Shown: positions 1 through 13,184, counted from the first letter of the stretch. The stretch is 64,000 nt of DNA from Carcharhinus longimanus (GCA_030264375.1 JASCQW010000122.1:27292690-27356689), one strand, 5' to 3'. Notes: generated by a model from the sequence alone, not told the origin. Made by a program: numbers and translations.

Positions 1-410
1 GATATGAACTGCTTCAGTATCTGAGGAGCTTGAATGGTGCTGAACATTGTGCAATCATCAGCAAGCATCCCCAATTCATTATCTTATGATGGAAGGAAGA
101 TAATTGATGAAGCAGCTGAAGATGGTTTGGCCTAGGACTCCACCCTGAGGAATTCCTGCAGTGATGTCCTGGAACAGAGATGACTGACCTCCAACAGCCA
201 CAATCACCTTCCTCTGTGTTGGGTATGACTCCAACCAGCAGAGAGTTCCTTCCTCCTCCCCCCACCCCCCACCCCTGGCCCCATTCCTCTGCCCCCACAT
301 TACCAAACTCCACTCAATTCACATGAACTTCAGTTTCACTAGATTCCTTGATGTCACATTCAGTCTAATGCTGCCTTGATGTCAAGAGGAATCACTCTCA
401 CTTCACTGGT
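1..410 (-). mobile_element. CR1-like LINE reverse-transcriptase fragment (decayed)
   Basis: Minus-strand translation ...ITAGIPQGGVLGQTIFSCFINYLPSIIR matches the CR1 RT 'GVPQGSVLGP.LF..FINDL' motif; interrupted by stops and frameshifts. Confidence 0.8.
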
Positions 411-668
411 ACCCTTTCTGAATTCAAAAAATTTAAATGAACAGTAAACTTGTACAAACAACAAAAGAATCCAAAATAGGTGGTGGCATTTCTTCCAAAG
501 TTTCATTTTTTCCACTATCAATAAGAATACAAGATGTCTTTATCTTCTTTGTGTTTTTGGATGCTCATATACATCACAGGACATCAGAGAGAGATTTTTG
601 TCTTTGCCCGGTGCTAATAGCTGCACTGGGGCGCCTCCACACTCAAATAGGCTGTCACTTTCCAGACT

Positions 669-1165
669 TGACCTTGCAGCATGAACCCTTTTGTCACATA
701 ATCTTTCCTGACTTCCACCCTACCGTAGGCCTTTCCTTTTGCTCTTTTTTTTCCCGGACCTCACCACCCGCCCCATCTTTCATTTTTCTTAAACCTATTA
801 CATATCTGATGTTTTCCCAGTCCTGATGAAAGGACCTGGAACTAAAATGTGGGAGATTTATTCACGGGACCGCCAATCGCGCGTTGGTTCTGTGGTACCT
901 GGTCCACATTCCTCTTCACTGTACACACGCTGATTTCTATTTGAACTGGAATTTAAAATGTAGTGTCACCGCTATTGACTCTTCAATCAAGCTGAATATT
1001 ATCCGTTGGTTTATTCCCGTCTTTTATGCTGCTTTAGTTTTTGTTGAATGTTGGTGGCGGGGCACTGGCTGGCCGATGGTTCAAAATCATAAAAATGTGA
1101 GGGTGTATCTCTCTCCACAGATGCTACCTGACGTGCTGAGTATTTCCAATGTTTACTGTTTTCAT
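669..1165 (+). mobile_element. Penelope-like element terminal remnant, split by an inverted duplication
   Basis: 'cccagtcctgatgaaagg...' and '...tctctctccacagatgctacctgacgtgctgagtatttcc' resemble the common shark Penelope-type terminal repeat. Flanked by a degenerate direct repeat tcactttccagact (655-668) / tcacttcctagact (1166-1179). Confidence 0.55.
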
Positions 1166-1763
1166 TCACTTCCTAGACTCCTGCATGGAAGAATGTCCAC
1201 CAGCTGCTTGTGCCAGGAGCTGAAAGACCATAAAAGCATAGCACATGGCTCACGGCTATCGGGGAGGAAAGTAGAAACTGAAAACTATATCTGAATAAGA
1301 GGTTGACAAAAATCTACACCGGTATCCTTTTTTTTCTGCCTCCGCCCTCATTTTTTGGTTAAACAATGATGGCTGATGGATTCACTTGGCAAACCTCTAA
1401 AAGGAGTTACTGAGTGGACAGCGTGAATGTATTGATTTAATGTCAATGGATAATCATGAACCCACCAGGGCCTCAACTTCCACTGTTGGTACTCACTTAT
1501 CTCCCTCACATTTTTATGACTTTGAACCATCGGTCAGCCAATTCCCCGCCACAAACATTCCGCAAAAACAAAAGCAGCATAAAAGACGGGAATAAACCAA
1601 CGGATAATATTCTAGGCGACAGCTTGATTGAGGAGCCAATAGCGGTGACACTACATTTTAAATTCCAGTTCAAATAGAAATCAGCGTGTGTACAGTCAAG
1701 AGGAATGTGGGCTAGGTACCACAGAACCAACGCGCGAATGGCAGTCCCGTGAATAAAGCTCCC
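851..1763. repeat. Inverted duplication, about 250-bp arms (851-1103 and 1503-1763) with about 400-bp spacer
   Basis: Arm 2 is the reverse complement of arm 1 with scattered substitutions and one 7-nt indel. The ORF track shows near-identical peptides on opposite strands (884+ vs 1506-). Confidence 0.95.
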
Positions 1764-4700
1764 CCAATTAACTGATGTATTTTTATTTTTGATGCGGGGA
1801 TATAAAGAAACAAACAAATCAAATGCATTCTAAAGCAGTGAATTGCAGCGCCATCAACTGGTGCCAGTGAACTGTTTTCAAAAGTACTGAGGGACACAAT
1901 ACTTTTCTTATCGTTTTACCATGAATTCTGAGAGCAACACATACTGTCCTTCCTTGTAAGCCGGTTTGGTGGTTTGTGGATCGCGCTTACAGATTTTGAC
2001 ACAATGTACAGTTGATCGTGGGCATTTGTAGTGGTAAAAACAACCATTGATTAAAAATGCAGGCAAATAAAATCGAAGGAAACGTTTTGGTCTGATATTT
2101 TAGTGTTGTAACCTTTCTGCCCCTTACAATTTTCATGGCAGAGTTTATTGCAAGCATATCAGTTCCCATAATAGAGTGGCGTTGTTCCAGATACGGGAGT
2201 AAGAACCTTTTTGATAACTCTGGATAGTTTTTCAGCTTGGGGTGAAGATTCCTGAGACTGCGTTAAGATCAGAGGCTGCAAGTCAAATGTTTGATAGCAT
2301 CATTGCACTGCTTAATAAACGGGTGCAGTGTGAAAGAGTAAGGATGTCAGCCGGTTACTGGCAATCTTTTCCTAAGCACTTTCAATCTCAGAAACTAACA
2401 AATATTTACTATTGAGTTTATGCATAAATCAATATTAAACAGGCAAGTTTTCGAAATTAAAAAATAGCGAGCTTTGTGCTGAGTGTTAGAATGTGAATAG
2501 CGGAAGGCAGGCCAGGATTCTATAATTAAACTGAGTAAATGTTCCATTTAACTTGAGCTAAATATTTTATACTATTTAAATGATGTGCTCTGTGCAATAA
2601 ATCATAATGCAACTGAGTTGTACTAATTTCCCAAACTAACCTGCGATGAAATGGTATAAATCTAGACTAAAGCAACGTTGAAAATGCCTTGCCCCTGTGT
2701 TGGGTGTAACTAAACTTTTCCTTTATTGAAATCAGCATTTAAATGATTAGTGAAATTCTATTCAGGCCCTACGTTAGAACTGACGGATTCTCATTTCTCC
2801 CCGCCACAATAATGATTTCAGACTCAAACATCGACTCGGCCGGCTTTACATTGCACGTGGACAGCTGGATTTACCCTAAAGTGTCATTATGGGCTGGTTT
2901 ATACAGCTCTAGTTTTAATAGCATCCGAAATTCACCATTTTCATAATGACACTTTTTCTAAATCCTTTTAAAGATTTATCAATAAGTGTCCCTGATATCA
3001 GGTCATTGAACAGGACTAACCTTTCGATTTACAGAATTGAGGCCAGAGCAGGCACTAGTTTGATTTCTCATTAAGAGAAAGCTAGCAAATAAGATATTAA
3101 TGGCATATATTAAGTGTTTGGTAAATGTCTGGGTATCCGTTTCCTTTATTTTGATCAATAGATTGGACAGACCGAGAGATAGATGCATATGCCGAGGTAA
3201 AAAGAAGCAGTGTGCTTTAATCTGTGTTTGAGGAGGAATCTCTTCCTTCCTAGTCTTTTTGTAACGTACCTTTCCAATTCTGGATAAAGGTACATTTCAC
3301 CAACTTTATAGCAATGAAAAGTCAAAGGGCTAAACTGCCGTGGACAAGAGTAACTGAAGAAGGATCAAAAAAACGATTACTGTCTCCATACAGAATATTA
3401 GAATTATGTTAGGGTGATCCCACCTCTAATCCAGCCAGTGTGTCGGTGCAAAAATGTGGCAATCGGTGTCACCGGCTAGGTGTCCATTTACGGCAATGTT
3501 TGGAGTGGGGGGGTTGTGGGGGCGATCCATTGGACTAAATGAACAAATCTCATCAATATAATTTCAGAGACCGTACATTTGACTGTTATCACTAGGACAA
3601 AGCCAGGATTGTTTAGTTTCGGGCGTAAACTATCCAGTAACAATGAGCAACGAGTCCATCTACCGTCAAATGTCAGATACCATCTTAGATACATTTGGGC
3701 TTGGATAAATTATTTAGAAAGATATCGAGGTTAGCATTTTCTCCATTAACACATTCGCCGAGTGAATCATGATTCAAAGCTTTCATTTGGGGCATTCATC
3801 ATGACTGAGCATGATAATGCAATAATATTGAATAATTCACACGACCTGAACATTGTTTTGGTCGGATATTGCCTTTTTGTGGATAAAGGAATTATATGAC
3901 ATTACTATCGTCAGCATTTCTGAACTATCCAGCGTTATGATGATGAATATTATAGTTTGGAATCATGTATATTTAACTGTGAAAGTGATGGCACGTTATT
4001 ATTGTCAGTGTATGTCATACCGATTCAGCCTTGTTATCTACCATACCGGTTACATTGTGCTGTTTTTTTTCTTGACTGCTTAAAATGAGCAGGGAATCCA
4101 GGAGACATGTAGCTGTATTAACGGAATACTCACACCAGCACGGAGGGTATAACAATCGAACAAATTACCTCGCCTTTAAGATGTTAAAGAGAAGGTTCCG
4201 GATCAATTTGGCCAACTACTAAAAAGTCACTGTCACAATTATCGAGAAATAAAGGCGGGTTTGGAAAGATATCATTGAGTTCCTGGTATCAGGCTAGCCT
4301 GCAAAGACAAATACCATTTGACAATGTTACCCACCTATAGCCTGAATCACAATAACTTCTGTATTAAAAATAAAATGCGTACGACAGTAAATCACACATG
4401 AGTGTAATGTAAACCCCACTGCGGCACCTTCAGTGCTTAAATACATGACATCTGCTGTAACAAGATCAAAAACTGCTGTAAATGCTGTCTGCGTCCCACA
4501 CTGGCTTGCTGTGTGTTTCCAACAGCTCCTGCTTTTATTTCAGATCCGCAGTGTTTTTCTCCCCCATTCCTAACATCAATTGTAGCTTGATTTCCAATCA
4601 CTTCATCAAGCAGTCAGAGAGGCCACAAGTAAACAAAGGATTTGTTTCTCTCTCTAGCCGGTTCTTAATGCCAGACTTGTGTAAACAAACACTTCTGTGT

Positions 4701-7700
4701 CATTTATCAGGTTTACAGATATGTTTGCTTAGAAAAAAAGAGGGCAGCGACTTTCCAAAAACGATCTGAATAAACCAGGCTTTGATTTACGCTTGCTTTC
4801 CCCTCCGATCAAACCAAATTGTTTTCAATGCATTGAAATGAATTATTTCTAATGCAGCTTGTAATTTATGCATTCGCTATTTTGAGTTTGTTTTCAGCTT
4901 TGTACGCACGCCCCATCTAATTTCCACACATAGTTAACTGTGTTGAAAAGAAGCAATTAGGTCCTGGAGTTAAAATTTGAAGTACTTTTTTTCTCTCTAA
5001 ATAATGTCCTGACACCTTGCTGAAAAAATATTGAAGCAGGGAACAGCTTTTCTGAAGAATTATAAGAATGGATGCTGATTCCCCTTCCCGCTCTTTTTAG
5101 TTCTGGGCCTTATAATGGTCTACAAGTTTAATAATACAGGTCTCATTTTCCTTCATTTATAATATTGAGTTGAAAGCGGGATTCCAATTTCCGTTGTGAT
5201 CTTTTCCAAGCATTTTTAATTGACGTCCTCAATTCGCACACATGGCGTCAAGAATGTATTAGAATCATATTCCGGGTTTAAATCAGCTTTGAATACAGAG
5301 TAATTCCAGGCTCGTTTTGAAGTCTTAGAGTTAAGCCGAATATAACAAAAAGAATCAGATTTGTAAAAAAGAATAAGCCTAACACAATCAAAGATCCCTA
5401 CAAAGCGACAAATCCAACACCTTCCAAACTCATAAAAACAGACCCCGCAGAATTGCACAAACTTTTTGACAAATGTCTGATATGATTCGGCCATTTTTCC
5501 CTGTTAATACAGACCATGTTTTTCTACATTTTTGTTCCCAACAGAAACAAAATTGATTAATGCCAGGCCGTGTTCTTTTTAAGTAGAATACAAAAATGCA
5601 TGATGCTGACTTGTAAATTACTTGAATGGTGATGAAGAGAATGTATATCGATAGGGGGTGCTGTTACAGGAAACGTTCGCCACACATCCCTAATTATGAA
5701 TCATTCAGTCACTTCTATCTGCAGTGCTCCTTCGTCAGAAGTGATAAAACAACTTGTTCCTGAACACGACCTTTATGAATGGCTTTATCAAGCAGATGAG
5801 AGGGGTTTAGGGTTTCCCGTACACAACATTAATCCTGAGAACTAATGACGTACTTTCCCCCAAACTGTGATTCTTCCAGCCACACACAGTAACTTATCCC
5901 GAATCACGGTAGAACATTTATGCCAAAGGAACAGAACTTCTCCCACATAACTCCCCTCCTTACAGAACACCGCAGACAAATAGGATTCCGGGGTGTGGTT
6001 CCAAACTCTCACTGCAGCTGGCAAAAGGTTAATTGCCCTTGGCTTACCTCTGTCTCTGTCTAGTGACATGATTGTCATCTCTTTAAAAAGAAACTGGGGA
6101 GTAAAAGAGAGGAAAAGAATCATTCCCTAAAACGATATAAGTCTTCAACATTCAGGGACAACACCTAAAGTATCAAGCAGCTCGTTTATCTCTTGTTTCA
6201 AGACTTCATATTACAAAGGAGCTCCCTGATGATAAGTATCTGCTGTCAGAGAGATTGACTGCCCTGATGGACATGTTCGCGGTTTCTGATGTCTTCTCCT
6301 CAGGGGTTGTTTTAAGACCTCGAAAGCTGTACCTCTCTGATCTGTCTTCCCATAACCTGGAGGGAAATAATTAGCAACAGAAAAAAAAGTCAGTTTGCAA
6401 CACAGTGGAGGGACGAATGTGATCTCCAAGCAACATCAGAGAGAACAATGCATTCCTTTAGAGAAAGTCATGTAATTAATAAGAAGGTGGCTGCTTTTAA
6501 AAACACATTGTCCAATTTCGATATGGACCATTTTGTTCCTAACCGCTAATTGCCGCATTCAAAGAAAGAGCCAAATCAAAGTGTGTTAACGATGCTTTTA
6601 AGCACAGTTGTGTAATGTGTTGTGTGTGTTCCTGCAGCATTTATATCACATTTAACAATACATATCCAATCAATTCAGTTTGCTTCGTTCATGATTTTAT
6701 ACCAAGCACCAGATTCAATGTTTTACTAAGTTTTCAGAGAATTCACAGTAAATTATGTTTAACTATTTTTACAGTAAGTACACTGGCCATTGCAGGATTC
6801 TGATCTGCAATGATCTGGAAGGGGACAAATTGTTTAAAACAGCATGTAGTGGAACAATCGCTCAGTGGCTGCGTAAAGCGAACTAGGAAAACAAGTGCAG
6901 GAGTAGGGGTGATGCAAGATATCAGAAATAAACACTTACCTGTCAATTTAGAGCAGCATTTTCCCTCAACCATCAATCTACACGACGATATACGTGCATC
7001 TTCAACAGTACTTAAAGACTTTTATACACATCTGTGCTAACTTCTGTTAATATGCCACACCGATAATGCGAAGTGCTCTGTTATAGTTATTGTATTTGTA
7101 AGTATAAAACGACTATGATATACCGTGCATATGCTATTCAAACGTAACTAATGAGATAGTACCGTAATAGGATATTGAAAGTATTTTAAAAAGTTTCAAC
7201 AATGGTAGCATGCAACCTCCAAATGTGAAGGTCAGGTGTAAATGTGATACGATTAATATTTTTAAGTAATCTTTAGCACCCCGAGACATTAACGTTGCAA
7301 GACATATATGAATTAATGATTTAGATTAGACTTCCTTGTTGGTTTGCAAGAGCTGGTATCTTTAAAGAAAATAATCTTAAATTGTAATGTTTGTTGTACA
7401 GAAGGGCACTCTCACTTTTTTTATCGAAGCTGGTTATTCCTCATCATGGGAACACGTGTCCATTTCAGTCCCAACCAGCGCATTAATGTTAAGATAATTA
7501 ATGCTATTGCTTCCCATCAACATGACGAATTCAACCAGAATATAAATAGACCACGGAAAAGTTGCCAAATGATAATAAAGGCCAAGTCAGTTAAATGGTG
7601 GAATGAAATACCTGCCTCCTCACGCGTTCAAATGCGCCTACTGAAATGCATGTTTTGATACCAACCGTTTCCGGTAATGGTGTCAGTGGCCAGTTTTGAA

Positions 7701-9344
7701 TGAGGATCTCGCAGCGTTCACTAGTTCTCACCGGCTCGCAATCTACAGAGGCATCCATCAAAAGAGACCCAAACTCCTTACATACCCCGCACTTCATTCA
7801 AAAGAAATCATATCCCCATATCTAAAATTATTTGGCTCGTTCTTTTATCACTTTGTTCATTGCGCTCCCCTTTAAAAGGGTACACAGTTTAGATTTGTTT
7901 GAGGAGTACTGTATCTCACTTTGCCATCTGACCACCTTTGGATATTATATATATTTACATAGTCATTCAGCAGTTGCCTTTAAATAACTGACTGAAGCCC
8001 TGGTATATATTCTCTCCCTTGCATATAATCTCGCAAACAATTGCGCTTAGTCTCCTTGACAATATTTCAGTTCGGCAGGCAAATACGAGGAACTGTAGAA
8101 CAAAAGAGCTTTATGGCGTTGGCGTAATGAGGCTCGAACTTTAGAAGTAAGTCCAGTCCTCTTTTTAATGACTATCAACACGACATAGTCCTCATCGTGG
8201 GTGCAGGTGATTCTCTTTTTGAAAACACAAATTAATTGCAAATGCAAATCATGAATTAATCTGCAGCCTGTAGGGGAATGCATTGTAGTTGTAATTAACA
8301 TTGCAACAGCTACCTTTACTGCCCTGTGTGATCGTTAACAAGTATTTGTCTATATAAAGTTATGCACCCATGACTCATTTCCCCATAGATTTGAGTAAAT
8401 GTTTTCCTGGGTGTCACAGCGGGTAGTATCGCTTCATTTGCGTCTATTAGAATGGACAATAATGCAATTGTACTATGTGCTGAAAGATAATACATAGCGT
8501 GTTGTGGAGATGTAGACACCAGCCTCAATCAAAGACAGGAGTAAAAGGTAGATAGCTGGTAGATTAGCCTGGCCGTTTATAGTGAAATAGAGCCTTGTAT
8601 CCTGCGGAATGGTACTAAGTTGTGAATGCTGTCACTCTGCATGAACGAAACGAAATTTAACATTGGGTAAACAACAAACGCCATAGGTTGATATAGGAAT
8701 GATAATGGGTGTTTCAATTTGCACGCACACTCATCCAAATGTGTCGGCATGTTCATCACTGCTGTGAACTATCTGCATTCTAGATGAGAGCTGGAATGTT
8801 GCATTCTTTATCTAGTGTGTGCTTTCGGTCCAAACAGCAAATTGACGCCTTCTATCCGATTCCAATTCTAGAGCATATGTAAATGTATGAGTAATACAAA
8901 TAATGCGCTGTGTTCAACAGCAACGTAAAGGAAACACATTAGTAATATGAAAATGAAGATAAACTAAATGGAAGCCGTAGATTAAAGCTTTCAAAACAAA
9001 TTCAATCAAATTCCCCTGCAACACGCCGATATGTTGTTTGCCAAACTGAGCTGGCGAGATGGGTAGAATAACATGTTTGTCCGCAGTAGAAATTGGAATA
9101 ATAATCAAAATACAATCTTCGGTTGACATTTACCAAAAGCCAAGGGCTACACCTAAGTGGTAGATTAATATAAAACTAGTCTCGTTTACAGGCACTAGTC
9201 TCCTCTTCCTCATCGTACTGAATTAGTGCTGTCTCGTTTTGCAAATGTTAGTGTTAGAATAGGCTGCGCCTAAAATAACATTCTAAAATATTATACACGT
9301 TTTTGCCTTTTACAAAGTAGAAGTGCGCAAGCTATCCACGACTT

Positions 9345-9413
9345 GTCTGTGTATGTGTATGTGTGAGAGAGAGAGTAGAGGGGTGGGGGCTGGGCGGGGG
9401 AGGTGGTGGGGGG
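9345..9413 (+). repeat. (TG)n/(GA)n microsatellite followed by G-run tract
   Basis: gtgtatgtgtatgtgtgagagagagag then ggggtgggggctgggcgggggaggtggtgggggg. Confidence 0.8.
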
Positions 9414-10084
9414 TAAATTCGTCAGGCAAACGGTGGAAATGGTTTATCTCTATTAAATGAACTCATGAGAAATACAGTATAACATTAAAATGACATATGC
9501 GAAATCCTGCTTCAATCTGAGGTCATACCATATCCGTTCTACTTATAAATCTTCATATACAAATTGGGCTTGCTTCCATAATAAAATTATTGCTATTTCT
9601 TGCAGTGCTACACTTCATAAAATCGCGTTTTAATGTGCCATATATCCCTGGCATATAATACTCCATCACGAAAACCTCTCAAATTCTACGTCTCAGTTTA
9701 AAACCGCATGGAATACTGTGGACATCTCTTTTTGAATCTGGCTGCTTCAAAGACGGAGAAGCTTTATTTTTTCTGTGCAGCACCAGCCAGCCAGGATAGA
9801 AACTGGATTTTTTTTAAAAAAGGACAAAGGCTGGGAAAATAACCAATTTACAGAAACAAGGTTGTTTTGTTTCCTCATTGGAAAATGTGCTCCCTCAATG
9901 GGTGACCGGGGTGCTGAGGCTCTCAAACTGACAGAGGAGCAAAAAAGCCTGGGCACTTTAAACAAATTTCTCTTACAGATGGAAATGAAGCAGCGTTTTG
10001 TGCCAATGGACAGGAGTAAGTCATTTGCCTACTGCTCGTCTAGTGGTGGTTTACAGGACGAGTTTCTTTTGTGGTATTAGTCTC

Positions 10085-10130
10085 GTCCTCATTTGCTGCC
10101 TAATTGGACTATATAAAGCCAATAACAGGC
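10085..10130 (+). promoter_or_regulatory. Candidate HMX3 core promoter (TATA plus CCAAT boxes)
   Basis: ATTGG at 10103-10107, TATATAAA at 10110-10117, CCAAT at 10119-10123, about 360 nt upstream of the HMX3 ATG. Confidence 0.55.
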
Positions 10131-10477
10131 GAGCTCTTATAGCCTTAAGCGAAGCGCAAAGTATAGGGAGGTGGACTCATTACATGCCATTCTTTTTTTT
10201 CCCTTCGGTAATCCCATTTGCCATTGTCCGTGCCCAATCGCCGTATACTTTCTGCATTTAACTTGTATGACATTTTTATTTCATCATTATCATCTGGCGC
10301 CAGGTTGACGCTGAATGCCTCCTACTCCGTTCCAAATTGCTGTGGATTTCCAGTCTCCCCACATGCAAAAGTTTGGTGCGTTTTCCTGAACTCCCCGGGA
10401 TTGTGATCGCCGCGGACTGCTTTCCCTCTCCGACTCTGCACGGCTCCTCCCCAGTTTCTGATCGGAGTCAGGCCACC

Positions 10478-10772
10478 ATGCCCGAGACAGCAGCGCAGGA
10501 GAGCCCCATTCTGCCCAAAGAGTCGTCGTTCTCCATTAAGAACCTGCTGAACTGTGATCGAAAGCCTTCGAAGCCTAAGACTTTGCTCTCGGCGGTGAAG
10601 GGGGTGGTGGAGGGCGCCACATTCTCCTTACCTCACTGCAGGGAACCTGGCTTCCCCAGGTTTGAAATGCCCACGCAGAGGTTTGCGCTCCCGGCGCACT
10701 ATCTGGAGAGGTCCCCCGCCTGGTGGTACCCCTGCACACTGTCATCGGGGGTTCATCTGCCGAGGACAGAAG
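10478..10772 (+). CDS. HMX3: H6 family homeobox 3 (NKX5-1), coding exon 1
   Basis: gccaccATG Kozak context; MPET...[12 protein letters not shown] (eh1/TN motif), [18 protein letters not shown] typical of HMX3; donor G|gtaagg at 10773 (phase 1). Confidence 0.95.
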
Positions 10773-10871
10773 GTAAGGGATCTTTTAAGCACATCATCCT
10801 TCCTAATGCACTGTCCTCTAATCGTTCATGGCCTGCAGCGTATCTAACAACAATCCTTTCTCTCATGCCAG

Positions 10872-11246
10872 CTGTAGAGAAAAGCAGCGGATGTGCCAGA
10901 GACTCGTCTCCAGACAGAGACTCCCCCGAGCCGGCGCTTAAAATCGAGCCGGACCGCAAAGACAAGGAAGACTCCAAAAGCCTGGAAGAGATCGTGCTAG
11001 AGGAATCGAGCGACGCAGAGGAACAAAAGAAGGAAGACAATAATAGCGAGGACTGGAAAAAGAGGGCGGAAAGTCCCGACAGAAAGCCATGCAGGAAGAA
11101 GAAAACTCGCACGGTGTTCTCCAGGAGTCAGGTTTTCCAGCTGGAGTCCACTTTCGACATGAAGCGTTACCTTATCAGCTCGGAGAGAGCGGGGCTCGCC
11201 GCCTCTCTCCATCTGACTGAGACCCAGGTCAAGATCTGGTTCCAGA
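10872..11246 (+). CDS. HMX3: HMX3 exon 2, 5' part (up to assembly gap inside the homeobox)
   Basis: Acceptor ccag| at 10871; [68 protein letters not shown] is the HMX3 homeodomain; ends at the N-run starting 11247. Confidence 0.93.
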
Positions 11247-11346
11247 NNNNNNNNNNNNNNNNNNNNNNNNNNNNNNNNNNNNNNNNNNNNNNNNNNNNNN
11301 NNNNNNNNNNNNNNNNNNNNNNNNNNNNNNNNNNNNNNNNNNNNNN
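11247..11346. other. Assembly gap (100 N, placeholder size)
   Basis: N-run. Other gaps at 18140-18283, 22641-22650, 27530-27539, 29971-30040, 44273-44338, 47497-47616, 50492-50591 and 56987-57410. Confidence 1.
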
Positions 11347-11845
11347 TTTAAAAGTTTTATTCCTGTTCTCCCCCCATCACCTCCACGGAGATTGGGAATT
11401 CCTCTGTTAAGTGGGGTGGGCAGAATTCCTTTCAATGCAGCAAGTCGCCGAGTTAACATGATTCCAGATATTTGATATCCCAACGCGGCTTCTGATGTGT
11501 GGAAGCAACCTGAACTTTTTGACAGAAGTGAGAAAAAAAAAGATAAATAAACTGGGTTGGGACTCTGGGCGTGTTTATATTTTATATTTTAAAAAAAATG
11601 TCCAGGTGGGAGAGGGTGAATATTTACGGATGAGTTAGGGAAATCAAACATTACAACACACACAGACAGTGGCGCGGTGTCTTATTCTCTTCCTTTCGCC
11701 TCTGAAGCGAGCTGAAATATTTGGTCTTCACGTTAATTTGAAAATGAGCTTCGGAGGCAGATGTTACAACATGATTCTAATTGTCCTGTTTACTTATTTC
11801 TTTGCTCATCCTTTGGAAGGGACTGTGCCAAATGTTGAAAGCTAA

Positions 11846-12670
<825 letters not shown>

Positions 12671-13167
12671 TTTTATTTTAATATTTAACTTACATTACTC
12701 TTTTTTGTAAGATTAGACCTTGTAGTTTTGAAACAACGAGCCACAAGAAGACCAGCTGTAAATTTCTACATTGCTCATATCCTTTAGCCTCACCTGTACC
12801 CCTTTAAGGCCAGTCTGGTTTATCAATTTATTCTCATTCTGTTTAACCATTTTTTTGTTTTGTAAGATCAAGCCATGTAGTTTTGAGAGGACCTGCTGTA
12901 AATGTCTTTTTTGTAAGTACTAAAAGGAGTGGTGACGATGTTGTTCTTAATTATGGTTTCACGTATCTGTGCAATATTGTACTAAAGAAGTTAAAGCACT
13001 GTTTTTGGAGTCACGAGAAAAAATCAGTACAAGTCGAAATCCAACGTACATTGGTCTAAACTGGAATACGTGTGACGATTAGCGTGTGGAGATTCTGAAT
13101 ACTATCAAATTTCTCATGTCAAGGCGCTTTAACTGAAGGACAATCAGAAAAAATATTTAAGGTTCTG

Positions 13168-13184
13168 TTTATTTATTTAATAAA
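13168..13184 (+). terminator. HMX3 candidate polyadenylation signal preceded by AU-rich element
   Basis: tttatttattt followed by AATAAA at 13179-13184, about 500 nt after the stop. Confidence 0.6.

Noticed and set aside
884-1817. Pair of similar ORFs on opposite strands as duplicated small genes
   Set aside because: By-product of the inverted duplication; non-ATG starts and no splice or codon support.
10337-11410. 357-aa single-exon ORF from the track
   Set aside because: It starts at a TTG, reads through the 99-nt intron and across the N gap. The real start is the Kozak ATG at 10478.
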